Shown here piece by piece: positions 50,662 to 61,335 of a DNA stretch of 64,000 bases. A program made the position numbers and the translations under genes. Each line of letters begins with the position of its first letter. Positions within the stretch are counted from its first letter, which is position 1. The notes below the pieces were generated by a model. The model had not been told where the DNA came from. It worked only from the letters and a program-made list of their open reading frames with translations, and made no database searches. This stretch comes from Curvularia clavata (Eukaryota), in NCBI GenBank assembly GCA_023920165.1, contig CP089274.1:3658001-3722000 (forward strand), read 5' to 3'.

Positions 50662-51361
50662 TGGGCCTGGGCGGCATTGCATCACGCTTAGGGCCTATCT
50701 GCAATGGAAAAAAGTTTGGCGCCCCTGTGGCGAGTCATCGTTCATGTCATTTCTCAACGTGCCGACGCTTTTTTTGCCCTCGGATGTTTGTTTCTTCTCA
50801 TACTACTTGATGTGCCCAGCAGCCCTCTGGCAGCCCAAGCCCCCGACGCTTACATACTGCTTGATAGTGCCCACGGAAGAGACACAGGACAGGGCTGCAC
50901 CGCCTTTGTTTTGCCGGCAGTGCAGCGCCCAACGGGGCGAATGAAATGCACGCCCCGCGAGCCTACGCACGACGACTTGCAGGAGAGTAACCTCTCTAGA
51001 TACATCATCGGCCACTGCAAGACAGCTGGCACGGCCGGCCATCGACGCCTGACGCTGACGCCACCCCCTGCAAGAGCTAGAAGGTTAGCGAAAAGCCCTG
51101 TGGGCGTTTTAGATCAACCGGCACCCTGTGCGTCCTCACCGCCGACGGGCTGCCCTGTGCCACTGGCCCGTCTTTCTCTGATCCGGCTTGGGCTGCCTGC
51201 AGGTGCTTGCTGTCCGCTCGTCACGCCCACCGCAACTCTCCACACACCCGCTGCCTTTTGTGCGCCCGCCTGAACACCTGCAACAGTGCCGGCCACAGCG
51301 TGCAAGAGCCTGTGACCTGCGAGGCTGCCAGCTGGCAAGTGATATCTTTGCCTGCAGGTCC

Positions 51362-53592
51362 ATGGGAATGGGCATGGCGAGGCTTCGCGACGAGCGAAGC
51401 GCACGATACCGCGACGATGGCGAATATTTAGACGACCGAGACCGAAAACACCGCCGCCGCCACAAGGACTCCAAGCACGACGACGACGTAGCCATTTCCA
51501 CCAGAGACCGCGAACGACGAGAGCGCCGCCGCGCCGAAGACACGAGGAGACAGGCCGAGCTCGACATTGACGAATTGCGGGCGCGCAGGGAGTCGTACTA
51601 CACGCGAAACGAAGCCGAGCGACGACGGGACCGCGAGCGAGACCGCATGGCCCACGAAAGCAGAAGAGAAGCCGCAAAGGAGAGGTCGTCGAGGAGCAGC
51701 AAAGAGGTCCGCCGTGACAGCACGCGACGCTCCTCCAAGAAGCGAAATGTCATCCCCGAGGACGAGGACTTCGTCTTTGGCCGGCCAAAGTCCATGGGCC
51801 ACGTCGAGGAAATCACGGTTCGGCGGCCGTCCACCCGCAAAAGAAGCGAAGAGGGAGGGTCTTCGAATCGAACGGCTTACACGCCCGTGTCAGGTTCGGG
51901 GTCCGCGTCCGTTCGCAGGGCTGAGATCCCAATTCTGTCCAGGTAAGGATTTGTCCCCACATGTACACGTAGCTTGTCTAATTAGATTAGGAACACTTCT
52001 GTTCGTGAACCAAAGGCACCCACGCCTGTCTCCAGGCCGTCTGTGCGACGCACTGGCACAACAAAGTCGCCTGCGCCACCCACGCCCCTCACCAGGACAC
52101 AGTCTGTCAAAGAAGCCGCCCGTCGCAGCACCGGCGGAATACTGTCAAGCTTCTTCAAGCCCTCGCTGTCACGCAACACCTCATCTTCGGCTCACAAAGA
52201 TCACCGAGAGCACCGCGAATCCCGAGAGTCCCGAGAAGTTCAAAGGTTTGTGATGAATCCTGACAGATCCTCTTGATGTTACTCGTTGCTAACTCTCCCT
52301 TCAGGGCCGACTGCCTGGTATGCATGAACGATGATCTCCCTATCCACAAGACTGTCAAGCTTGCCTGTGGCCACCGCATGTGCTACTCCTGCCTAAAGCG
52401 CCAATTCACCCTCTCTGTCAAGGACCCCCAGCACATGCCCCCACGATGCTGCACATCAGAGCACATTCCCTTGAAGTACGCGGACCGGTTGTTCGACGAC
52501 AAGTTCAAAGTACTCTGGAACAGAAAGTTCCAAGAGTATACCACCGCTAACCGCCTCTACTGCCCAACAAAGGGATGTGGCCAATGGATCAAGCCATCCA
52601 AGATCAAGATGGATCCCACATACGGCCGCAAGTATGCACGATGCAGCACATGCAACACCAAGGTCTGCGTACTGTGCAACGCCAAATTCCACACCAAGCG
52701 TGAATGCCCCAAGGATGAGGAGACGAACCGTGTCGTCGAGATGGCCAAAGAACAAGGCTGGCAGCGATGCTACAGTTGCAAGGCTGTAGTGGAACTGAAA
52801 GAGGGCTGTAATCACATGACTTGGTAAGTTCAAAGCATTCATACCCATCTTGGCCACAATCACCTAACCATTCATAGTCGCTGCACAGCTCAATTCTGCA
52901 TGGTGTGTGCTGCTCCATGGAAGACCTGCAACTGCCCTTGGTTCAACTACCAGCACATTCCGGACGATGACCGCCTGAACGACATGCGTGTACCTTATGC
53001 ACCACAACCACGTTACCCTGATGTCGAAGTCATTGAGATTGCCGAACCGGTCCCACCAGTAGCACGTCGCGCCAGTGTCAGTGTCCGCCCCCGTGAGCGC
53101 GCCGAACGCGACTACGACCGCGCCGAACGAGTTCTCTCCGGCCACCTCCGCAACTCGCTCCACCTCCCCACTCCGACTGTATCATCCGCACGCCGCACCG
53201 AACCCGAAGTTCAGATTTACGGCATCGGCAACGCTGGAGGCCACCACATGAACGACTCGTACGCCATCCGCTCCGTACCCACCTCGGCCGCCCGCCCCGC
53301 CACTCGCCAATCGACATCCCGCCAGTCGACTCCCAGGAATTCCTTTTTCTCCAGCTCTCGCCGCGTCTCGGCACCCGCCCCCTCACGCTCCGCTCCTCCC
53401 CCACAAACCACCCAAGTTGTCACTTCTTCCGTAATGGCCGGTCTCTCAAAAGATGGAAAGAAAGTTGGTGCAAACCGCGTTGGAACATGGCTCAACCATG
53501 TTCAAATCGACCCCGAAGCTACTGTCACTGCCGCAGAAGGCGTCGAGGTCGATGATTGGAGGTGCGATGGCACCATGATTGGTATTGATTAA
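51362..53592 (+). CDS. RBR (RING1-IBR-RING2) E3 ubiquitin ligase with an R/E/D-rich N-terminus; introns 51943-51990, 52246-52304, 52824-52877
   Basis: CLVC..LACGHRMCYSC..PPRCC, RLYCPTKGC..CSTC..CVLC..H..C, WQRCYSC..VELKEGCNHMTCRCTAQFCMVCAAPWKTC. Confidence 0.93.
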
Positions 53593-54095
53593 GAAAAAAT
53601 CGTTTTGTTTTGTTCTTCACAACGCAAGGAGTTTGGGTGTTGGGCTCTTTTGTTTCTCTGCTCGACACGATATGGGTTTGATTTGATTTGGATTTCACGC
53701 ACGGTGGGGATTTTGCTTGTACAATACTTGTAGAGAGGTTTTGGATCGCATTTAGCCGGCAAGATACCCACTTATGTCTTCGTTTAATAATGCATTATTA
53801 CTAGCTAGTTGTCCTAAAGGTTTAGAATTATTATTCAAAAGTAAGCAATCTATTTTTGCCTTTGAAGTACTATCAACAGATTTGAGCATGTGAACTGGAT
53901 ATGACCCTAATAGATGTGAAAAAAAAACCGAGGGAAAAAAGGATGACCAAGTCATCCTGCATTAGACATATACCGAATGTTAGCAAAAAGACGGTACTTC
54001 CTTCAATCAGACCTCAGCTGTCGTCTGTCTGGAAAAGACGCCACTGTACTGGCAAAAAGAATGGTTCGAAGAATCTTGAGCAAGCTCAAGCACGT

Positions 54096-54181
54096 TGTCC
54101 CCTTCGTGGATCGAACACGATACCTCCAGATTTAGTGACTGAGACTTCAGTCTGGCGCTCTCCCAATTGAGCTAAGGAGAC
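54096..54181 (-). tRNA. tRNA-Phe(GAA) with a 13-nt intron at 54132-54144
   Basis: GTCTCCT TA GCTC AATTGGGA GAGC G CCAGA CTGAAG [TCTCAGTCACTAA] A TCTGG AGGTA TCGTG TTCGATC CACGA AGGGGAC A. All four stems pair; intron at position 37/38; T5 terminator about 40 nt downstream. Confidence 0.95.
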
Positions 54182-54454
54182 GGGCTTTTATTGGCTGTTT
54201 GTGAAATTAAATATCTTATATCCTGTTACATATACGGCTGTCGCATCGAAGAGCGCAACACAAATACCCTCGTCAAGCTTGCTGTCTTGGATTTGGACTC
54301 GAAATGAGGTTCTGTGGGGGTGAATGTTCTTGTCTAGAGAGGATAAGGCTAGCGCACCGAGGCTCACTTCGGAGGTCCGATAGCTCGACAGCTCTGATAC
54401 CTCCAACTGCGGCACTCACTTCAGGAAGAACAAACTTGCGCCAACTCCCCCACA

Positions 54455-55336
54455 ATGCAGCCCTCTCCACTTACGAACCCATTGGCTACCGTAGCCCAGC
54501 TCGAGACGTCCGGATCGCAACTCGATGGCATCCCACCCGACCTCGAAGACTCAATACGCTTCGCAGGCGCAAGGCTCACCCAAGCAGCGGGGATACTGTT
54601 AAGACTTCCACAAGAAGTCATTGCGCAGGCGATTGTTGTGTTTATGCGATTCTGGCTCGGGCCTGAAGGGGGGAGTCTTGCGGAATTTGGCGCAGAGCAA
54701 GTCTCAGCAGCTTCTCTGTACCTGACCACCAAGCTCTCTGCATACCCCAAATCAGCACGAAGCCTTGTGAACGTATACGCATACCTCGAATCGCTTCCCA
54801 CAACATTCTTCGACGCGGAGCAACTTCAACAGAAACAGGACGTGCTGGAATATTTTGTCACAGAAGGCACGTATGAGCGCCGTCGCGCAAATCTCTTCTC
54901 CACCGAACAGCGCATCCTGCGCACCCTCGGTTTCAATGTGCAGGTCCAGCTTCCCTACACACTTTGCATAACGTACCTCCAAGCTCTTGATGCCTTTGCC
55001 CACCCTCGCGCATCAGAGCTTGCGAAACGCGCAATTGCACATCTCAACACTGCTTTGCTAAGCCCGCAATGCCTATATTTGACACATCAGCCACCGGCGC
55101 TGGCGACAGCGGCAATCTACCTGGCTGCAAGAGAGACGGGGATCAAGATGCCGGAGTGTGAATGGTGGGAGGTGTTCGATACAGACAGGGAAGTGCTCGG
55201 GTTCTTGTGTGTAGGCATGCTGAGTTTGGAGGGGTTTGCACAAGAGGAGAAGAAAAGGTGGGACGGAAGCAAAGTTCCGATGAATGTTGAGGATGTAGAG
55301 AGGGAGATGAAGAGGAGGAATGAGGTAGAGGATTGA
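54455..55336 (+). CDS. Cyclin L-like protein
   Basis: SGSQLDGIPPDLEDSIRFAGARLTQAAGILLRLPQEVIAQAIVVFMRF, TEQRILRTLGFNVQVQLPY, LATAAIYLAAR..WWEVFD. Confidence 0.92.
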   Translation: MQPSPLTNPLATVAQLETSGSQLDGIPPDLEDSIRFAGARLTQAAGILLRLPQEVIAQAIVVFMRFWLGPEGGSLAEFGAEQVSAASLYLTTKLSAYPKSARSLVNVYAYLESLPTTFFDAEQLQQKQDVLEYFVTEGTYERRRANLFSTEQRILRTLGFNVQVQLPYTLCITYLQALDAFAHPRASELAKRAIAHLNTALLSPQCLYLTHQPPALATAAIYLAARETGIKMPECEWWEVFDTDREVLGFLCVGMLSLEGFAQEEKKRWDGSKVPMNVEDVEREMKRRNEVED

Positions 55337-55709
55337 GAGGAATGCTCGAAAGACGATGGAAGAGTCGGAAATCTCACTCATTGGACAACTCCTACTGACT
55401 AGTATCAAGCACAATCTCTCTTGAGTTTCAACCATCCTCAGACCACCACGAAATTAGCACAACGCCCAGGGTGTTACAAACACCTTCTGTAGTCTGTTAT
55501 GCCTTCATAATGTCTCGCCTGGACAAACAATGTACAGGGTTAAGAGCGGCCTTTTTGCACAACACCGATGGAAACAATGTCAACACCAGATCAAAGAAAG
55601 TATTTAAGGCTTTGATTTTGGTGGCGAATTTAGCACAACCAAAACAGGCAAAGCTTACGTTCTATCGATACCATCAAGACATCCATTACCGAGAAGCATA
55701 TTCACCAAG

Positions 55710-56264
55710 ATGTCTGTTACTATCCTAAAATCCATTTACCAAGACATTCACCACCGAGAAACACGCAACATGTGTCATCTGGAGACAGAGGTTTTCAAAG
55801 GACAAGGACAAACCAAGTCCCTCGCCCCAGGAATCCGCCCACAGGCAGTCCGCGTAGAGCCTATGAGCGCAATAGTCGAAGATGCCCGAAGCAACTCGGG
55901 TCTTGTTCGTCGCGGTGCCATTAAGCGTAAGGGTACCAAGGAGACCACGTCGTCTCAAACTTTGACCGATCGCTCCAACCTTGACAAGGTACCATCTCGT
56001 AGATTCAGCTTCGACGAGCATCGCCACCCGTCTGTGCGGTTCGCCGTCCCTCCAGCCAATATAGGAGGGCACCGGGGTACCGGTCAAAAGAATACTCCTC
56101 ATCCTGCTACAGCAGCAGGTAAGCCCCAACGGGCCATGTCAGGCCGCGTTGACGACCACCCACCCACCAACTTTGACCAGATTTTGGGTGAGAACGTCCC
56201 ACATCCTGAGTCTCAGTCCAAGATGAAGAAGACTGCGCGACTAATCTCCAAGTTGCGCTTTTGA
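55710..56264 (+). CDS. Small basic, disordered hypothetical protein (start may be ATG 55770)
   Basis: Uninterrupted 184-codon ORF with coding-like composition between AT-richer flanks. No recognisable domain. Confidence 0.55.
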   Translation: MSVTILKSIYQDIHHRETRNMCHLETEVFKGQGQTKSLAPGIRPQAVRVEPMSAIVEDARSNSGLVRRGAIKRKGTKETTSSQTLTDRSNLDKVPSRRFSFDEHRHPSVRFAVPPANIGGHRGTGQKNTPHPATAAGKPQRAMSGRVDDHPPTNFDQILGENVPHPESQSKMKKTARLISKLRF

Positions 56265-56777
56265 CTTACTTTTGCAGAGACATTCTGCGATTTGTTGCGG
56301 AGATACGTTTTGATCTCCCTTGCAGAGATACCCATTTTCTTTTGTTCACATTTTCTTTTTTCCTTTCCAGGTGGTATTTTGATTAAACTGGAGTTAATGG
56401 TTAATAGCAATTGATTTATACTTCATACTTACTTGCTCACGAGATACTATCTGCTGCCTGTTTTTCGTGACTTAAAAGAGTGAATTCAGAAATAGTGTAA
56501 TACGATGTGATATAGTGTAAGAGACCTGCTGTTCACAACGGCAGCGCAGTGTACATGGTCATTTTCTCTGCTACTCGTATTGCTAATCACTTAACATATT
56601 GGCATTGTTTGTTTTCCATATATTCGTCTTGGTTCCATCCTGCCATGTATTATACCTTCACAACGCGGGGAACACTCCTAGGACCACAGTATTATTTCTC
56701 TCAAAACACTTTTCTCACCCTTCTTTCCTGTTTCCCTAACTAAAAACCGAAAAAGTATACTAGACATTGAGCACACC

Positions 56778-57503
56778 ATGTCATATCCCACGACTCCGCT
56801 CAGCCCCTCTCGCACTATACCATGCACCCCATCTCCCACTACCCCAATCAGCCCATCTCACATTACCCTATCCGCAACATCTCATAATGCACCATCTGCG
56901 TCATCTCAAACTGTACCATCGACTCCCTCCTCCATCCCCCCACGCATCCAGGCTGTCCTTGCTTCTCTCTCAATCATAAAACACTCACTCTCTGCTCGCC
57001 TCCTCATTCACAGCCTCACCATCCACAACGGCCGCTTCTGCCTGGCCTGCTTCCGACGCCACCGCAACCCTGGCTCCTGTGGTCCCACCTGTGCTCTCCT
57101 ACGCCCTGGAGGCCGCAACAACTCGTACCGTCCGGCCGAGGCCTCGGTACGAGCAGCAGCTCTACGCAGAGACTATGCAGCTTACAGTCGTATAGTGAGG
57201 GATATGCATGCGTACAGGGGCCGTCGTGTAGCGGAGGTTGTGTTGAAGGGGTGGGAGGAAGCAGTCAAGGTGTTGACTAGGGAGTCTGAGACGTTGACGG
57301 AGAATTCGGATAGGTTGGGATGGGAGGAGATAGAGGCGAGGAAGAAGTGGGAGCATTTTGGGGGGTGGGAGTTTGAGGGCGCATGGGGAAAGGGAGACAA
57401 GGAGGAGGAAGAGACAGTGTCGCCGGAGGTGCTAGTGAAGGGGAGGATGGGTAAGAAGGAGCGGAGGAAGAGGAAGATTAGGGCGAGGAGCACGTCATTA
57501 TAG
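56778..57503 (+). CDS. Orphan hypothetical protein (S/P/T-rich N-terminus, CxxC..C motif, charged C-terminus)
   Basis: 241-codon ORF with AT-rich flanks. No family recognised. Strong C-rich to G-rich compositional switch. Confidence 0.5.
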   Translation: MSYPTTPLSPSRTIPCTPSPTTPISPSHITLSATSHNAPSASSQTVPSTPSSIPPRIQAVLASLSIIKHSLSARLLIHSLTIHNGRFCLACFRRHRNPGSCGPTCALLRPGGRNNSYRPAEASVRAAALRRDYAAYSRIVRDMHAYRGRRVAEVVLKGWEEAVKVLTRESETLTENSDRLGWEEIEARKKWEHFGGWEFEGAWGKGDKEEEETVSPEVLVKGRMGKKERRKRKIRARSTSL

Positions 57504-57695
57504 AGGGTGTATGGTGTTTGAGATAGATAGTATGCTTTGACGTTCATATTGGGGCGATTGCTATTAGGATTCGAGAAAGCTGGATACCAACATCGTAAGA
57601 GACTTTTTAATAAGTTCATCTTCAATGAAAATGTTCGTAGTAAGCGTCTATGTGCCAAACTTTACGCTGTGAGGTCTTGGCCTGCGATTGATCAG

Positions 57696-59376
57696 TGACG
57701 TAAAAGTGCGACCTACAGTGGAGAATATGCCGTAAGCTGGATAGCGTAGCTCTTCTGCCAATAGTAGAATTGGAAAACAGAACCAAAAAGGCTATTATAC
57801 AACAAGCTCAAAAAGTCTACCTACTCACAAACGTGAACTTGCATCACTGTCACTAGGCCGCCAGTTTCCCAGCTAACTGATTGTATGAGAACACAAGAGC
57901 GATCTAGATGTATGACACAACGTAGCCGCACATAATTCTTACCCAATCGTACGACAAAAGGAATCATCGTTGGTGCATTACTAGCATGCATTGACGTGAC
58001 GTGCGGTGCGTACGCAGGATCGCGGATCTTCGAAAACCATGACGTCAAAAAATAACCACGACGGATGCTGTTCCAGACCTCGAGCTACCTTATCATCATC
58101 TCTCTTGTTCAATATACAAAATATTTTGTCAATTGATATTCTACGAACAATCTAAACCATGAGTTACTTCCGCCCCATGTCGATGCTGCGCTCGGCAGCA
58201 CTGCGTCCCGCGGCACTCTCAGCGGCGCCTCGAGCGCGCGTGCAAGTCCGCTTTGCAACCCAAGACTACGGCTCTGGCCAGGGAAATCCAGCCGGAGAAT
58301 CCCCGCAACAGCAGGGCCAAAACCCCAGTGAGAACCTGGAGCATCCTGGCCCAGAACCCCCAAGTGTTGCCAAGGGCAAGTCTTCATCGTCACCCAACAA
58401 GGACAGCAACGAGAACGAAAACGACTCTCCCAAGCCCACTTCAGGATCTCCAGCTCCATCGACAAACAAGGGATCTTCAGGCCAGCGCAAGTTCTCGACA
58501 TGGACACGCCAGATGCAAGCCAGCAAAGAGCCGGCCGTCCAACAGGGCCAGCAAAACAAGCCAGACCCCAACGAAGTCAAAGGTGCGAAACCCAAAATAC
58601 TGAACGAGAACCCTCCAGCGGCTGGAGAGGAGAGTGAGGACGTTAAGAGGCACAATGAGGACATGAGTAACCGGGCGGAGCAGGCGCATGAGCGGGTGGG
58701 CAACGAAGAGGCCGACAAGGACAAAGTGCCTGTCAGCTTCTGGAAAGGCAAGTGTCATGGTTTATGACAGTATATACATAGCTAACAATTGCACAGGTGA
58801 GGGCGGACGCGGTGATTCAGAGGGCGTGCGAGGGTAAACACGAGATGAATCGTACAGGCGAAGCATATTGGCCTGATGTAGAATTAGCTAAGAGTTGAAT
58901 GGCAAAGCCTTGTTGTAGAAGACCACAACAAGCAATTACACATTTGTTTCAGTACACCACGAGTTCTTTGTCTGGCTTCATACATAACTTTTGTGCATGT
59001 TTGGGTGATGACGTCAAGGGCTGGGACGCGCTTGTGTGCCCCGCAACAATCGCGATGGGAAATTTAAAAATGCCATGGCGATCCACTGTTTGCCTCTGAA
59101 CAGCAGCACAGGGCGAGAGACGTCAGTCTTGCACTTGTGCTAAGCAAAGCCCGCAGTTATGAGAATAAAATGGGGGTGACGCCTCGGAGACTCGTCGATG
59201 CGGCAGGCACATGTTTGTTGCACTACACGGCGTCACAATTGCGATCTCACCATGGCGTATGTATACCCAAGCTGGCGGTGGTCGCGCCTTCTCATTGGCC
59301 ACACTGCCCAGCGAGCGGAGGCAGGCGCGTTGGAGATCTTGTTTGTCTGAGCCCGCAGACGTGAAGGCCTACGTCA
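57696..59376. promoter_or_regulatory. Cluster of ATF/CREB (CRE) sites upstream of two tandem genes
   Basis: TGACGTAA 57696, TGACGT 57992 and 57997, TGACGTCA 58040 and 59009, ACGTCA 59120, TACGTCA 59370. Confidence 0.65.
58159..58837 (+). CDS. Hydrophilic protein with a mitochondrial presequence; GC-AG intron 58748-58796
   Basis: Presequence-like MSYFRPMSMLRSAALRPAALSAAPRARVQVRFA, then a G/Q/P/E/N-rich body. Intron AAG/GCAAGT..GCTAAC..CAG gives the end FWKGEGGRGDSEGVRG. Confidence 0.8.
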
Positions 59377-59523
59377 CTCGCACGCATTGTCTGTGTCGGT
59401 GCCTCCCCTCTTAAATCGCGTCGGCACCATCACCTCTTAGACCCTCACACCCTCTGCCTAGTCCCAGCAATCCCTCATATTTGCTTCTTTCATCGATATC
59501 CAGCACATCGACGACCCTACAAA

Positions 59524-60909
59524 ATGAGGTTCTCTCTTGCATCCACCTTTGTGGCCACGCTTGCTGCTACAGCAACGGCCAACAGCTGGTTCGGAAGCGC
59601 TGGTGCGTATAGTACAAGGCCCTTCCCTTTTATCCAATCTAGCCTCGACTTCTCCAGCTTGGTACTGACTTGAGCAAGCAGTCTACGACAAGTGGCACGA
59701 GACGGAGCTTGAGCGCTGGCTCAGTGATCATGGCATCCCTCACCCTAGCCCTTCCGACCGCAAGAACCTCCAGTCCACTGTCAAGGCCAACTGGAATGAC
59801 AAGACTGTCTCTCCCTACACCAGCTGGGACGCCCCAACACTCCAGAAGTACCTGAGCCTCAAGGGCCAGCAGGCGAAGAAGGGCACCGAGAAGGACGCAA
59901 AGAGCCTCGCTGAGCAGGTCAAGGCGTACTGGACCGAGACCGAAGAGTCTGCCAACCAGGCTTATGGCAATGTTAAGGACTGGATCTTTGACACGTATGC
60001 ACCCTGAAGCTCCTTCTTTTACCAACATTACTGACTCTCCACAGCTGGTCTGATTCGCAGCTCAAGGCTTTCGCTGACAAGCACGGCATCCCCGTTCCCC
60101 AGCCTCGCCAGCGTGACTCTCTTCTCGCTGCTGTCCGCGACAACTACCAATCCGTTGCCGAAAAGGCAAAGGAAACCGCAAACTACCCAGGTGATTGGCT
60201 CTATGCCTCCTGGTCTGACTCTGATCTCAAGGCCTGGTTCGATGAGCGTGGCTACCCTGTCCCCCAGCCAAACACCCGCGACTCCATGATTGCTGCCCTT
60301 CGCCGTCAGTCCCGCCTTGCTAGCCTGCAGTCCAAGGACGCATATGCTTCCGTTTCCTCTGCTGCTGCTAGGGCTCAGCAGAGCCTCAGTGACGCGCTGC
60401 TTGACTCCTGGTCTGACAGCCAAATCAAGGAGTGGGCTGACAAGAACGGTATCAAGGTTCCCCAGGGCTCCAAGCGTAACGAGCTTCTTGCTATTGCTCG
60501 CAAGCACCGCGCTCGTCTCTATGGTGACAGTGCTTCTGCCACTGCTCAGTCTCTTTCTGCTTCTGGTGCTTCTGCCTACGGTGCTGCCACATCCAAGGCC
60601 GGCAACGAATACGCCTCTGCCACCAATGGCTTTGCCTACTACACCAACCTCGTCAAGCAGCAGATCGGCCTTGCCGAAGCTAGTGCTGCCTCTGCCACTG
60701 ATGCCGCTGCTGCCAGTGCTGCTTCTGCCACCAATGCTGCCGGAGCCAGCGCCAGCTCTCTTAGCGGTGCTGCTGCCAAGGCTGCTTCTTCCTCTTCTTC
60801 CTCTCTCTCCAAGTCTGCTGCCAGCGCTTCTTCCGCTGCCTCCAAGTCTGCAAAGAGCGGATACTACGAGGCCGCCGCCAGCGCTTCTTCTGCTAAGCAG
60901 GAGTTGTAA
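59524..60909 (+). CDS. ish1: Ish1/Msc1 family stress-responsive nuclear-envelope/ER protein; introns 59603-59681 and 59995-60044
   Basis: Signal peptide, repeated W-S-D-S-x-L-K-x-W/F units (YDKWHETELERWLSDHGIP, TWSDSQLKAFADKHGIPVPQP, SWSDSQIKEWADKNGIKVPQ), Ala/Ser-rich tail ending KQEL. Confidence 0.92.
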
Positions 60910-61335
60910 GAAAGCTACGGCTAGCAATGCACAAGACAAGCAACGTCCAGGCGTGTCACTTCTGTGCCACGGCTGCCTTACGTATTATTTCACGACCTTA
61001 CGATGTGCGTACGGATGAATGGATGGCGAATGAAACGAAGAAGGCCATTGGAGCCCTGTAACATTAGCATCTTGACGATATCCCCTCCCGGACCTCACGG
61101 CAGGCTGTGGAGGGTTTGTAGTTTTCGTGTTTCTTTGGGATTGAGAATGCCGGCGTCTCTAGCAGCTTAGTATACATAAGCTTGATAATGAAAAAGTTAA
61201 AATTACAGAGGCTGGTGCCGTGATTACGTTCCCCCTTGTCCTAGCCGTGTTCAACGGAAAATAGATGAACGTGTTGTGATAGACGAAAGAAAAAGATAAT
61301 CAAGTTAACCCAAGCCAGCTCCTCAAACATTAATC

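Noticed and set aside
52246..52304. GTGATGA..CTGA (box C/D-like) in an RBR gene intron
   Set aside because: The boxes are only 3 nt apart in a 59-nt intron, leaving no room for a guide sequence.
60028..61018. Long antisense and shifted-frame ORFs over ish1 (likewise over the kinase, SIP5 and others)
   Set aside because: Shadow ORFs produced by biased codon usage of the real gene.
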